Shown here: piece by piece, positions 37,683 through 48,229 of the stretch
Position numbering within the stretch: position 1 is the first letter of the stretch
Layout of the letters: every line of letters begins with the position of its first letter
NCBI GenBank assembly: GCA_050294405.1
Contig: JBNKOC010000029.1
Location: forward strand, 1 to 64,000
From: Fibrobacteria bacterium
Lineage (GTDB): Bacteria; Fibrobacterota; Fibrobacteria; UBA11236; JADFYW01
Direction: 5' to 3'
DNA length: 64,000 bases
The notes under the pieces: generated by a model
Seen by the model: the letters and a program-made list of their open reading frames with translations, nothing else
Told to the model about the DNA's origin: nothing
Database searches by the model: none
Made by a program: the position numbers and the translations under genes

Positions 37683-37862
37683 GGAGTTTTAGGACGGATC
37701 TCTCGCCGCAACTATAAAAGGAAATAAAAGCTGCCGCCACCTTAGTGTATTTTTTACACTAATAATGGATTTGTATTACTGGTATTTTTCTTAAAAAATT
37801 CAGTGAAGTTGCCGCTGAAAAATTCCCCGGGAAATTTTCATGGAACCCCGGAGAGGGAAAAT

Positions 37863-38369
37863 TTATAATTCTCCGGTAAACTGAGCCCTAACATTATTTT
37901 TATCATCTGCAGTAAGGCTAAAATCCAAATATTTGGGAGGCATGCATATTTTATCGCTACAGGCCTGATATTGAAGCTTCCCTTTAATGGGAAAAGTTCC
38001 CGACAGAAAAAACATTTGGGAAAATTTAAGCTCATCAGCGAATACATCCACTTTTTCTCCCAAAAGTTCCATAGTGGTTGGCTTGGGAAAATCCCTTTTC
38101 ACTTCAGCTCCCTTGTCTTCTGCCACCACCAAACGAGTGGGAACCAAATAGGCCTGTTCCAGAGTGTCCGAATTAATGTGCCAGGGGTGGGGTATCGAAA
38201 GCTCGCAATCCAATTTTAGCATGCTTCTGGCCTTGTTGTACTGGGCGCTAAGGGAGACAACCTTAATGGGAGCTTCCTTTTGACTATAACCCCAGTTGCA
38301 TAATAACAGAACCACCCAAAACAATTTAAGGGGAGCCCTAAAAACCGCCCTCACGCCTCTATTCTTCAT
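37863..38369 (-). CDS. DsbD N-terminal domain protein
   Basis: WHINS, YQACSDKICMPP. Confidence 0.8.
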   Translation of the reverse strand: MKNRGVRAVFRAPLKLFWVVLLLCNWGYSQKEAPIKVVSLSAQYNKARSMLKLDCELSIPHPWHINSDTLEQAYLVPTRLVVAEDKGAEVKRDFPKPTTMELLGEKVDVFADELKFSQMFFLSGTFPIKGKLQYQACSDKICMPPKYLDFSLTADDKNNVRAQFTGEL

Positions 38370-38388
38370 TTTACCGGCTATCCTCGTA

Positions 38389-38934
38389 TTAGTTCAGCTT
38401 AAATTTAGACAAATATTCCTTTATATCTTCCAGTTTTTTTTCAGAATCCTTTTCTGTCGAGCTGGCCATATTCTCTATGGTTTGCACAATCTCCAGGTAC
38501 TTTTTGCTTACCTGGTTGCAGGAGGTTTGAAGTTCGCGCATGTTATCGGATTTCCGCATCACAACCTGGTAGGTCAAATCCCCCCTAAACAAAAATTCCG
38601 CCCACTTTTTTATTTTGTAGAGAGGAATGGCAATTTTCCTAGAAGAGAAAAGGGCAATATGGACTCCCAATAAAAGGGCAATAATAAAGGATGGCCCCGC
38701 GCTGGGAAGCACCAGGCTCCAGATGTTATGGCGGATGAGGTCGGCATTCATATCTTCGGTCATAAAATAAAAATAACCGGTTTTAAATTTTAAGTAATAC
38801 ACACCCACCACGGCCAGCAAGGTTAAAATACATATTCCAAGAACAATTAACATCACCTGAAAGATATATGCCTTTTGCATTCTATCCATGATAAAAAAGT
38901 GTTTTACCGGATAGCGTTTGTGTCTTTGGGCCAT
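38389..38934 (-). CDS. Membrane protein with HAMP-like domain
   Basis: Two TMs, then SRKIAIPLY....GDL....RKSD. Confidence 0.7.
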   Translation of the reverse strand: MAQRHKRYPVKHFFIMDRMQKAYIFQVMLIVLGICILTLLAVVGVYYLKFKTGYFYFMTEDMNADLIRHNIWSLVLPSAGPSFIIALLLGVHIALFSSRKIAIPLYKIKKWAEFLFRGDLTYQVVMRKSDNMRELQTSCNQVSKKYLEIVQTIENMASSTEKDSEKKLEDIKEYLSKFKLN

Positions 38935-38962
38935 GAGCTCTCCTTACTGGTTCAAAGCATCC

Positions 38963-39676
38963 TTAAGGAAGGGTATCATTTAATAATTTCTTTTGCAAAT
39001 CTATCCATTCGCGGCAGCCTTTTTCGCCTAAATCCAGCAATTGGTTCATTTGCTGGCGGCTAAAAGTACTCTCTTCACCGGTGCCCTGGATTTCCACAAA
39101 TTCATTGTCATCCGTCATTACAATGTTCATGTCCACTTCGGCTTCGGAATCTTCCACATAGCACAAGTCCAGAATAGGCTCTTCTTTTAAAACCCCCACG
39201 CTGGTGGCAGCCAGCCAGGTTTTGAAAAAGGGACCCGAAGCATTTTTAACGGTTTTTAAAGCTTTGGCAAGGGCTATAAAACCGCCGGAAATAGAGGCTG
39301 TACGTGTTCCTCCATCGGCTTCCAAAACATCGCAGTCTACAATAACATTCATTTCGCCCAGGTTTTCCAGATAAACCACGCCCCTTAAGGCCCGGCCAAT
39401 CAAACGCTGGATTTCCTGGGTCCGACCGGAAACGGAGCCTCGTTCCCGGCGCACGCGTTCCCCTGTGCTTCGGGGCAAAAGGGAGTATTCAGCAGTCACC
39501 CAACCCTTGCCCTGGCCTTTTAACCAGGGAGGAATTTTAGTTTCAATGGTGGCGTTGCACAAAACCCGGGTTCTTCCCACTTCCACCAAGACGGAAGCTT
39601 CCGCACAGCTTACAAAGTTTTCAATTATGTTAATCTTTCTCATTTCATCGGCTGCTCTGCCGTCCTGTCTGGTCAT
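38963..39676 (-). CDS. rph: Ribonuclease PH
   Basis: GWVTAEYSLLPRST, GRTQEIQRLIGRALR, DCDVLEADGGTRTASI. Confidence 0.97.
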   Translation of the reverse strand: MTRQDGRAADEMRKINIIENFVSCAEASVLVEVGRTRVLCNATIETKIPPWLKGQGKGWVTAEYSLLPRSTGERVRRERGSVSGRTQEIQRLIGRALRGVVYLENLGEMNVIVDCDVLEADGGTRTASISGGFIALAKALKTVKNASGPFFKTWLAATSVGVLKEEPILDLCYVEDSEAEVDMNIVMTDDNEFVEIQGTGEESTFSRQQMNQLLDLGEKGCREWIDLQKKLLNDTLP

Positions 39677-39691
39677 TATTACCTCATGTTT

Positions 39692-40531
39692 TTATTTCAA
39701 ATAAATTTTTCCCCCAATGGGGTAGGTTCCCAATTCCAATAGGGAAACAGAAACTTTTTTTAACTCCTTAAGAGCCTCCGCAATCATTTTGTCTTTGCTG
39801 TGGCCAAAAAAATCCAGATAGAAAAAATATTCAAAGGCTCTATCGGGAAAAGGCCGGGATTCGATTTTAAACAAATTGATTTTTCGGGAAGCGAATATTT
39901 CCAACATCTTAAATAAAATGCCCGACTGGTTTTTTTTAGGGGCGAAAGCTATGGATGTTTTGTACTGGGCGCCCTTTATTTTGGCGGCTTTTTTCCGGGA
40001 TATGCCTAAAAAGCGGGTGTAGTTCTGGTGGTTGTTTTCCAGATTGCGTTTTAAACTTTTAAGTCCGTAAATTTTGGCGGCATGTACGCTGGCTATGGCG
40101 CCAATATCTGTCATATGGTGTTCCGCAATGTATTTGGCCGAACCCGCAGTATCGTAAAAAGCCTTGGGTATTATTTTGGGATGTTTTTCAAAAAAATGGG
40201 AACATTGGGCCAGGGCCTGAGGGTGGGACCACAGCTCTTTGATTTTTTTCAAATTAGACTGGGGGTGGCACAACAATACATGCTCTACCCGCAAATGGGT
40301 TTCACTTACAATTTGCAGCTTGTATTTTTGCAACAAATCGTAATTGATGTGAATGCTTCCCGCTAAGGAATTTTCAATGGGTATCACTCCCCTTTGCACT
40401 TCACCTGATTCCACTGCGCGAAAAACCCCTTCAAAATATTCCATGGGAATTAATTTTTGACGAGAGCCAAACAAATGTTTTCCGGCAACTTCACTATAAG
40501 CGCCGTGTTCACCCTGAAAAGCAATTTTCAT
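39692..40531 (-). CDS. pheA: Prephenate dehydratase (PDT + ACT)
   Basis: AFQGEHGAYSE, PIENS, SHPQALAQC, NYTRF, KIESRP. Confidence 0.93.
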   Translation of the reverse strand: MKIAFQGEHGAYSEVAGKHLFGSRQKLIPMEYFEGVFRAVESGEVQRGVIPIENSLAGSIHINYDLLQKYKLQIVSETHLRVEHVLLCHPQSNLKKIKELWSHPQALAQCSHFFEKHPKIIPKAFYDTAGSAKYIAEHHMTDIGAIASVHAAKIYGLKSLKRNLENNHQNYTRFLGISRKKAAKIKGAQYKTSIAFAPKKNQSGILFKMLEIFASRKINLFKIESRPFPDRAFEYFFYLDFFGHSKDKMIAEALKELKKVSVSLLELGTYPIGGKIYLK

Positions 40532-40703
40532 TTTTTAAGTCCGATATAATTCCCAAGTTATTAATTTGAAGTATAAAAAATTGAATTTAAGCCATATTGT
40601 AATATTTACTGCCCTATTCCCCAATTTATTTATTTCAGCAGCCCAAATTGCACCTGGAATATGGTAAATTCTCAGGCAAAAATCCAATTGAATCCCTTAA
40701 TTT

Positions 40704-43616
40704 TTGGAATTTGGTAAAAAAATGAGTTTAGAGTTTTTCCCCGGACAAAGATGGTCCAGCGAAACTGAGCCCAATTTGGGTTTAGGGCTTATTATTGGCT
40801 CGGATTTTAGAAATGTTAATGTGCTTTTTGAAGCCTCCGGCGAAAAAAGAATCTACCGCAAAAATAATGCTCCCTTAAAACGCGTGGAATTCCAGGTAGG
40901 CGAAGAAATCCGCGATATGGATGGCAGAACCCATCGCATAAACAACATTGAAAAATTTCAAAATACTCTTGTTTACATTTGCGGTCCGGAAAAAATTCCC
41001 GAACAGGGTTTAAACCCCAGCCAAAGTTTTGGAAATTTAGAAGAACAAATATTTTTGGGGCAAACAGCCAGTGTCAAAGAATATGAACTGCGTTATTTAA
41101 GCAACCACTACAAATACCTGTATCATTCTTTTCCCCATAGAGGGCTTTTAGGCCCAAGAATAGAACTGTTGCCCCATCAGATATACATCGCCCACGAAGC
41201 CTCTAAAGGTAAGTTGCCCCGTATATTGTTATCCGATGAAGTGGGCCTTGGAAAAACCATTGAGGCGGGTATGGCGTTTCACGCCCTTTTGTGCAAGGAA
41301 ATGATACGACGTTGCCTTGTTATTGTGCCAGAACCCTTGCTTCATCAATGGCTCGCGGAAATGTATCGCAAGTTTAACACTATGTTTACCCTGGTTGGCG
41401 CCGAAGAGGAAAATCCCGAAAAGGGCAATCCCTTTCTGGAAAACCAACATGTGCTTTGCTCTCTGGATTATCTGGCAAGCCAGCCCAAACGGCTAAAACA
41501 ATGTCTGGAAGCTGGTTGGGATATGCTCATTGTGGATGAAGCCCACCATTTAATCTGGGACAAGCAAAAGCCCCACCCGGAATACATGATTGTGGAACGC
41601 CTGGCCCACTCTATTCCCGGCGTTTTGCTTTTAACCGCCACCCCCATGCAGTTAGGGGAAAAAAGCCATTTTGGAAGATTGCGCTTATTGGACCCGGAAA
41701 GGTTTTCAGATTACAAAACATATATCGAAGAAACCGAAAACTACGGCAAAGTGGCGGCTCTGGCCAAAAAAATATTGGACAGCCAAATTTCCTGGGAACA
41801 GATAAAAAAAGAGACTCAAAGCTTATTCCCGGAAGACGGCCTATTGTTAAAAGAAGTCAATAACATCAAAAATGAAAAGTCCGCGAGAGAACAGTTAGTG
41901 CACAGCCTGGTGGATAGGCATGGAACAGGGCGCATTATTTTCAGAAACCGGCGCAATGTTATTAAAGGATTTCCCAAAAGGCATCTTCATGTTTATCCCC
42001 TAAAGGGCAATGATAAATTTGAGCAGTCCTATGAAAAAATTTTGAAATTTCTTTCCTGGGACAAACCCAATTTGCGCTTTGACAGCTTTGCCTTGTCACC
42101 TGCCTATTTAAAACTTCCTCAGGGAGAATCGGGAGAGCTTTTAAAACAAAACTGGTTTCACGACCCCCGCCTGGAATGGCTAAAAGGCTTTTTAAAATCT
42201 CTGCAACTGGGAGAAAAAGCCTTGCTCATTTGCTCCAGCCACACTAAGGTCCAGGTTTTACAAGACTTGCTTCCCCAAATATCAACGGTCAGAGCCACTG
42301 TTTTTCACGAAAAACTTTCTCTCACCGCCCGCGATAAAAATGCCGCGGCCTTTTCCAGAGTGGATGGCCCCTCATTGTTAATATCCTCGGAAATTGGAAG
42401 CGAAGGACGCAATTTCCAGTTCGCCAGCCACCTGATTTTGTTTGACTTGCCGGAAAACCCCGAACTTTTGGAACAGAGGTTGGGAAGACTGCACCGCATC
42501 GGCCAAAAAAAAGATGTGGAAATCCATTTGCCCCTGGTGGAAAACTGGCCCATGTATGTATTGTATAAATGGCAACATGAAGCGCTTGACCTGTTTAACA
42601 AGTCCTTAATGGGAGCCGATAAAATTTATACGGAATTTTCCGAGCCGCTAAATAAACTGGCCGGAGAGTTTTTATTTCCCGAGAATGAAACATCCCATTG
42701 GAACGCAGAGTTTGAAAAAATAAAAACAAGCTGCCAAAAAAGAGCCCGGGAACTCAGTGATAAAATTGAAAAAGGAAGAGACCTTTTGCTGGAGCTGAAT
42801 TCTGTCCAGGAAAAAGAAGCCACGGAAGTGGTATCGCAAATTGAAGAAATGGAAGGCTCCCCGGATTTGGAAGAGTACCTGGATTTGGTCTTTGATTCCT
42901 TTGGTATTTTGTTTACCCCCACCGTGGAAAAGCGGGGTTATCAGATTTACCCCGGCCCGGAAATGACAGTGGATTCTTTTCCCCAACTCCCTCCCAGCGG
43001 TTTGTTTGTCACCTTTCAAAGGGACATGGCCGTAATCCGGGAGGATATGAATTTTATGAGTTGGGATCACCCCATGTTGCAGGGCACTCTGGATTTGATA
43101 TTATCCATGGACTCCAATGTATGTTGTGTGGCCGAATGGGAAAACGGCCCGGGAAAGGGTATTCTTTTGGAAGCTGTTTTCATTTGTGAAACCATTGAAA
43201 ATTTAAAACTGAATTTGGGGAGCTACTTTCCTCCTACGCCCATTCGCATTTTGGTGGATCCCAATGGCGGTTTGCAAAATAAATTTTTAGAGGAGTTGGA
43301 ACTGGCCCGGCTTAAAAAAGGCTCTATGGCCCAGTTGGAAGGGACCCCTCAATTTAAGGAAGATATTTTTCCCAAGATGCTCAAAAGCTGTTGGGAATAT
43401 GCCAAAGGCCAAAGTGAAAAGATTGTAGATGGCTATTTGTCCTCTTTGCGAAAAGATTTATCCGCAGAAATTTTGCGCTTACAGGCCCTGGAAAAAATAA
43501 GTCCCCTTAATCACGGGGAAAACCTGGAGTTTTTAAAAACCAAGCTATTGGAAGGGGAAAAGCTGTTTAAATCGCCCCATTTAAGGTTGGATGCCCTGCG
43601 GCTCATTTTTTTATAA
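40704..43616 (+). CDS. rapA: RNA polymerase-associated protein RapA (SNF2 helicase)
   Basis: GQRW.SE.E..LGLG, DEVGLGKTIEAG, DEAHH, SEIGSEGRNFQFA, EQRLGRL.RIGQ. Confidence 0.93.
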   Translation: MEFGKKMSLEFFPGQRWSSETEPNLGLGLIIGSDFRNVNVLFEASGEKRIYRKNNAPLKRVEFQVGEEIRDMDGRTHRINNIEKFQNTLVYICGPEKIPEQGLNPSQSFGNLEEQIFLGQTASVKEYELRYLSNHYKYLYHSFPHRGLLGPRIELLPHQIYIAHEASKGKLPRILLSDEVGLGKTIEAGMAFHALLCKEMIRRCLVIVPEPLLHQWLAEMYRKFNTMFTLVGAEEENPEKGNPFLENQHVLCSLDYLASQPKRLKQCLEAGWDMLIVDEAHHLIWDKQKPHPEYMIVERLAHSIPGVLLLTATPMQLGEKSHFGRLRLLDPERFSDYKTYIEETENYGKVAALAKKILDSQISWEQIKKETQSLFPEDGLLLKEVNNIKNEKSAREQLVHSLVDRHGTGRIIFRNRRNVIKGFPKRHLHVYPLKGNDKFEQSYEKILKFLSWDKPNLRFDSFALSPAYLKLPQGESGELLKQNWFHDPRLEWLKGFLKSLQLGEKALLICSSHTKVQVLQDLLPQISTVRATVFHEKLSLTARDKNAAAFSRVDGPSLLISSEIGSEGRNFQFASHLILFDLPENPELLEQRLGRLHRIGQKKDVEIHLPLVENWPMYVLYKWQHEALDLFNKSLMGADKIYTEFSEPLNKLAGEFLFPENETSHWNAEFEKIKTSCQKRARELSDKIEKGRDLLLELNSVQEKEATEVVSQIEEMEGSPDLEEYLDLVFDSFGILFTPTVEKRGYQIYPGPEMTVDSFPQLPPSGLFVTFQRDMAVIREDMNFMSWDHPMLQGTLDLILSMDSNVCCVAEWENGPGKGILLEAVFICETIENLKLNLGSYFPPTPIRILVDPNGGLQNKFLEELELARLKKGSMAQLEGTPQFKEDIFPKMLKSCWEYAKGQSEKIVDGYLSSLRKDLSAEILRLQALEKISPLNHGENLEFLKTKLLEGEKLFKSPHLRLDALRLIFL

Positions 43617-43719
43617 AATTCCGGCTTTTTTCTATAATTAAGGGCAGTAAAAGAACAACAATCATTTTTACCCCGGAAAATTATTTTCGGGGAGAACATC
43701 ATAATATAAGGGTTTGATT

Positions 43720-45753
43720 ATGGGAGCAGATACTTCATCTACCGTCGAGGCTAAACCTCAAGTAAAACTAACCGCCTTGCCGGAATCTTCAAAATTGGCG
43801 CCAAATCCAACAGGCAAGCCAAAATACAGCGTTAGCGTTAAAAATATAAATGGGGAAACTGTTGAGGTTGGGGATCCCCAGGTTTCCAGAGGGCTCATTG
43901 CTCTTATGAATTTGCATGCTGTGAATGGCGGAGCAGCCTGCCACTGGGGAGGCCCTTCGGCCTTTGCAGAAATCATGTCCTCCATACACGGAATCATGTT
44001 TTCTGAGCCGGGCGTATGGTATCAAAATTACAACTTTGTAAATGATGCCGGGCACACAGAAAATGGCGTTTATGCTTTAAGAGCCAATTTAGGCTTTGAC
44101 AACATGACTTTTGAAGACTTAAAAGGCTTTCGCAGCGTTAAAAGCAAACTCACCGGCCACGGTGAATCTCATTTAAATCCAGAAGGGGTGTTAGTCAGCA
44201 ACGGTCCTTTGGGTTCCGGCCTTCCCCAAGCTCAAGGTTTGGCCATGGCCGATAAATTATTGGGAACCGACCGCACCACCATCTGCACTATTTCCGATGG
44301 TGCTTCTATGGAAGGTGAAGCCAAAGAAGCTTTTTGCGCTATTCCTGGTCTGGCTGCCAAAGGCAAGTTAAACCCCTTTGTGGCTGTAATTTCCGACAAC
44401 AACACCAAGTTATCTGGAAGAATCGATGCGGACAGTTTCTCCATGGAGCCTTTTTTTGAATCCATTAAAACTCTTGGTTGGTCCTACCACATTGTGGAAA
44501 AAGGCCACGATTTGCAAACTGTATACACTTCCATCGAAAAGGCTATTTTAGAAGCCAAAAAGAATCCTAATGTGCCCGTATGTATTTTAGTTAAAACCAT
44601 TAAAGGCTATGGCGTTAAAGCCACTGAAAAAAGTGCTTCTGGTGGCCACGGCTATCCCCTAAAGAAAAACGACGCTCAAATTGTGAGCTTTGTGGAAGAA
44701 ATTTTTGAAGGCAACCCCCCAGAGGAGTTTGTGGATTGGGCCCAGTCTCTTTTGACCACCAGCGCCAGCAGTTCCTCTTCCAGCGCTCCTGCCGTTAAAA
44801 CCGATAAAATTCAGGCTGGAATCAGCAAAGCAGCTGTTCGCGCGGTAGAAGAAGGTTATCCGGTATTTTCCGTTTCTGCGGACTTGCAAGGCTCCACCGG
44901 AATCGCCGCCTTCCAAAAAGCTTTCCCCGACCGCTTTGTGGAAGTGGGAGTAGCCGAATCTAACATGGTGAGCACCGGTATCGGACTTTCCAAATTGGGC
45001 CTTATCCCCATTGTGGATACTTTTGCACAATTTGGCGTGACTAAGGGCAACTTGCCTCTTGCCATGGCTTCCCTGTCTCAAGCTCCCATCATCGGGCTTT
45101 TTTCTCACACTGGCTTTCAGGACGCCGCTGATGGCGCTTCCCACCAGGCCACCACTTATTTTGCCGCCACAGCCTCCATCCCTCAGGTAAGACTGGTGTG
45201 TTGTTCCTGCTCCGATGAAGCCGAAGCCCTTATGTACCAGGCTATCAAATACATCGGCGACAGCCGCAAAAATGGCGAAGATCCAGATTCTGTGCTTTTC
45301 TTTGTGGGCCGGGAAAATTACCCCCTTCACTATGTGGAAAACGCCAGCTATGAATGGGGAAAACCTCAGATTTTAAAAGAAGGTTCAGCAGGTCTGATTG
45401 TAGCCAACGGACCTATGGTTCCCAAAGCTTTGGAAGCCGCCGAAAAACTGGCTTCAGAAGGCCAAAGCGTTTCTGTAATAAACCAGGCTTTTGTAAATCA
45501 TTTTGATTTGGATGTTATTATCGATTGCCTCAACAAATCTGGCGGTAAACTGGTTACCATTGAAGACCACCAGGTTATGGGCGGCATGGGTTCTATATTA
45601 ATCCACAGCCTAACTCAGGCGGGGGTTGATTTTAAAGCCCGATCCCTGGGAATTCCCAATCACTTTGGACAATCTGCTTACTCAGCCGATGACTTGTACA
45701 ACAAATATGGAATGAATGCCGAGGGCATAATTAATGCCTTAAAATCCATTTAA
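43720..45753 (+). CDS. Transketolase-family ThDP enzyme
   Basis: GHGE, GPLGSG, SDG..MEG...DNN, EVGVAE, DGASHQ, IEDH. Confidence 0.85.
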   Translation: MGADTSSTVEAKPQVKLTALPESSKLAPNPTGKPKYSVSVKNINGETVEVGDPQVSRGLIALMNLHAVNGGAACHWGGPSAFAEIMSSIHGIMFSEPGVWYQNYNFVNDAGHTENGVYALRANLGFDNMTFEDLKGFRSVKSKLTGHGESHLNPEGVLVSNGPLGSGLPQAQGLAMADKLLGTDRTTICTISDGASMEGEAKEAFCAIPGLAAKGKLNPFVAVISDNNTKLSGRIDADSFSMEPFFESIKTLGWSYHIVEKGHDLQTVYTSIEKAILEAKKNPNVPVCILVKTIKGYGVKATEKSASGGHGYPLKKNDAQIVSFVEEIFEGNPPEEFVDWAQSLLTTSASSSSSSAPAVKTDKIQAGISKAAVRAVEEGYPVFSVSADLQGSTGIAAFQKAFPDRFVEVGVAESNMVSTGIGLSKLGLIPIVDTFAQFGVTKGNLPLAMASLSQAPIIGLFSHTGFQDAADGASHQATTYFAATASIPQVRLVCCSCSDEAEALMYQAIKYIGDSRKNGEDPDSVLFFVGRENYPLHYVENASYEWGKPQILKEGSAGLIVANGPMVPKALEAAEKLASEGQSVSVINQAFVNHFDLDVIIDCLNKSGGKLVTIEDHQVMGGMGSILIHSLTQAGVDFKARSLGIPNHFGQSAYSADDLYNKYGMNAEGIINALKSI

Positions 45754-45775
45754 TTCCAATATTTTTTGCTCTTAT

Positions 45776-45806
45776 AAGGGGTTCTTACGCAGAGCCCCTT
45801 TTTTTT
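45776..45806 (+). terminator. Rho-independent terminator
   Basis: AAGGGGTTCT-loop-AGAGCCCCTT + T-run. Confidence 0.75.
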
Positions 45807-45834
45807 ATCCTCAATCTTATGTTATGATTGGAAA

Positions 45835-46023
45835 ATGGCTAAAGAGATTGAGCCCAGGCGCAAATGGATAGGCGTTACCTTTAGCTGCTGCGGCCATTAT
45901 GGCCGGGCCTATATAAATAAGGAAGGTACGGAATACAAAGCCCAATGTCCCAAATGTATGCGCTGGATGCGCTTTGTGGTCGGTCCCGGCGGAAGCAGCG
46001 ATCGCTTTTTTTCGGTCCACTAG
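45835..46023 (+). CDS. Small Cys-rich (CC...CPKC) protein
   Basis: GV.FSCC..Y.R.YIN......CPKC....F.VG.GG...RFF. Confidence 0.7.
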   Translation: MAKEIEPRRKWIGVTFSCCGHYGRAYINKEGTEYKAQCPKCMRWMRFVVGPGGSSDRFFSVH

Positions 46024-46029
46024 GAAGAT

Positions 46030-46066
46030 AAAAAACAAAAAGCCCGGATTATATATCCGGGCTCTT
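46030..46066 (-). terminator. Terminator of eno (possibly bidirectional)
   Basis: AGCCCGGAT-TATAT-ATCCGGGCT with an A-run on the left. Confidence 0.8.
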
Positions 46067-46086
46067 AAACTCGTAAGGCAGGCAAA

Positions 46087-47373
46087 TTAGAATTTATGTT
46101 TTTTAACTTTAGTCTTTTTGCCTAAGTCGCCTTCGATACGCAACAACTGGTTGTACTTACATACGCGGTCGGTTCTGGAAAGAGACCCGGTTTTAATTTG
46201 ACCCGCATTAGTAGCCACGGCCAAATCCGCAATAAAGCTGTCTTCGGTTTCGCCGGAACGATGGGAAATCACTACGCCAAATTTAGCTTTTTGGGCCATG
46301 GCAATGGCTTCCAGAGTTTCGGTCAAAGAACCAATTTGGTTCACCTTAATCAAAATGGCGTTGCCGCAGCCTGTGTCAATACCTTGTTTTAAACGGGTTG
46401 GATTGGTTACAAACAAATCATCGCCCACCAATTGAACTTTTTTGCCCAATGTATCGGTCAACAATTTCCAGCCATCCCAATCGTTTTCATCCAATCCGTC
46501 TTCAATGGAATAAATGGGGTATTTGCTGCAAAGCTTTTTGTAAAAATCCACCATTTGCTTGCTGGAAAGAGACTTTCCTGAGGATTTTTTGAATACATAT
46601 TTTTTGGACTCTCTGTCGAAAAATTCCGAAGAAGCCGCATCCAAAGCGATTTTAACTTCTTTACCGGGTTTGTATCCGGCCAGTTTAATGGCAGCCATAA
46701 TGCAGTCCAGCGCGTCGTCGGTGCCTTTAACATTGGGGGCGAATCCGCCTTCATCGCCAACAGCAGTGGATAGTTTTCTTTTTTTCAAAATGGATTTTAA
46801 AGCGTGGAAAATTTCAGTGGACATTTGCAGGCCCTTGCTGAAACTATTGCTGCCCACAGGAGCAATCATAAATTCCTGCACATCCACAGGGGCATCGGAA
46901 TGGGCGCCGCCGTTTAAAATGTTACACATGGGCAAAGGAAAGCTCAATGTTTTGTTGCCGTAAATTTTTGCGAGGTATGTATATAAGGGTTGTTTTTTGT
47001 CCTGAGCAGCGGCTCTGGCCAGGGCCATGGAGCATCCTAAAATAGCGTTGGCCCCCAGTTTGGTTTTGTTGGGGGTGCCGTCCAAATCCAACATGGCTTT
47101 GTCCAGTTGTTTTTGTTTGGAAGGGTCTTTGCCAGTGAGCAATTTGGCGATGGGGCCATTTACATTTTTGACCGCTTTTAAAACGCCTTTTCCCAAGTAA
47201 GTTTTTTTATCGCCATCGCGCAATTCGCAGGCTTCGTATTCGCCGGTGGAAGCTCCTGATGGAACAGCCGCACGGCCGGTGATACCGTTTGTGAGAATAA
47301 CATCCACTTCCACGGTGGGGTTACCACGGGAATCCAGAATTTGTCGTCCAATAACTTTTTTAATTTTTGCCAT
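46087..47373 (-). CDS. eno: Enolase
   Basis: [46 protein letters not shown]. Confidence 0.98.
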   Translation of the reverse strand: MAKIKKVIGRQILDSRGNPTVEVDVILTNGITGRAAVPSGASTGEYEACELRDGDKKTYLGKGVLKAVKNVNGPIAKLLTGKDPSKQKQLDKAMLDLDGTPNKTKLGANAILGCSMALARAAAQDKKQPLYTYLAKIYGNKTLSFPLPMCNILNGGAHSDAPVDVQEFMIAPVGSNSFSKGLQMSTEIFHALKSILKKRKLSTAVGDEGGFAPNVKGTDDALDCIMAAIKLAGYKPGKEVKIALDAASSEFFDRESKKYVFKKSSGKSLSSKQMVDFYKKLCSKYPIYSIEDGLDENDWDGWKLLTDTLGKKVQLVGDDLFVTNPTRLKQGIDTGCGNAILIKVNQIGSLTETLEAIAMAQKAKFGVVISHRSGETEDSFIADLAVATNAGQIKTGSLSRTDRVCKYNQLLRIEGDLGKKTKVKKHKF

Positions 47374-47492
47374 GTTTTTACCTCGCAGCACAGGTGAGAA
47401 TTAATTATGAGCGCCAATATACTAATTTATAAGGATAGGCTTCAAATTTACCCCCGCAACAATTTATTTTCTGGGCTGAAGGTATTAATCTA

Positions 47493-48197
47493 TTGAAACA
47501 TTTTTTCCTGAGAATTTTAGCCTGGCTATGTGTGCCCCTGTTGCTGTTAACAGCTTTTCAATTGCATGTTCACTGGTTTCAAAACATAAACTTTCCCCAG
47601 ATAAAAAATTTTATGTCGGAGTGGCAAAGCAGCCTCTGCTGGCTTTGTTTGGCTGCCTTCCCTGCCTTAAGATATATGCTGGAAAAATTGTTTTTCTCCA
47701 AATCCAACAGCACCCCCTTTTTATTTATCGATACTTTGGAACATGAGCTCACCCATGCCCTATTTGGATTTTTGAGTTTAACTCCTCCCGAAACTCTATC
47801 CGCCTCGGCCTTTGCAGAAGGACAAGTCACCTTTAAGCGGCAGAATATATTAATGGTGCTCGCCCCTTATTTTTTCCCGCTATGGGCTATCCTCTGGTCC
47901 CTTTTAGGCTGGATTATTCACCAGGATGTTAAAGGCATTTGGAATGCTATCGGTTTTGGCCTTATGGGGTTGTATTTGTATCGCCTTGCCGGAGAAATTC
48001 GCTGGTACCAGACCGACCTTCGCGAATACGGATTTGTGTTTAGCCTTGGCCTCATTTTTTGCCTTTTGCCCCTTAGCCTGGGCTTTATTTTTTACTCGGC
48101 CAATATTGCGGGCTTTAGCTGGCTTTCCCAGGCATTTGTTGAAATTTGGGCCATTTTAAAGGATTTTTACAATCTTGCCCACCAGCTAAAGGGCTAA
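47493..48197 (+). CDS. Membrane protein, M50-like metallopeptidase motif
   Basis: HELTH, LAPYFFP, TD; several TMs. Confidence 0.65.
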   Translation: MKHFFLRILAWLCVPLLLLTAFQLHVHWFQNINFPQIKNFMSEWQSSLCWLCLAAFPALRYMLEKLFFSKSNSTPFLFIDTLEHELTHALFGFLSLTPPETLSASAFAEGQVTFKRQNILMVLAPYFFPLWAILWSLLGWIIHQDVKGIWNAIGFGLMGLYLYRLAGEIRWYQTDLREYGFVFSLGLIFCLLPLSLGFIFYSANIAGFSWLSQAFVEIWAILKDFYNLAHQLKG

Positions 48198-48229
48198 TTA
48201 CTTCTTTAAAGCTGCGAATTTCATATATT

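Noticed and set aside
37742..37762. Palindrome TTAGTGTA-N5-TACACTAA
   Set aside because: Between convergent genes with no promoter context; single occurrence seen
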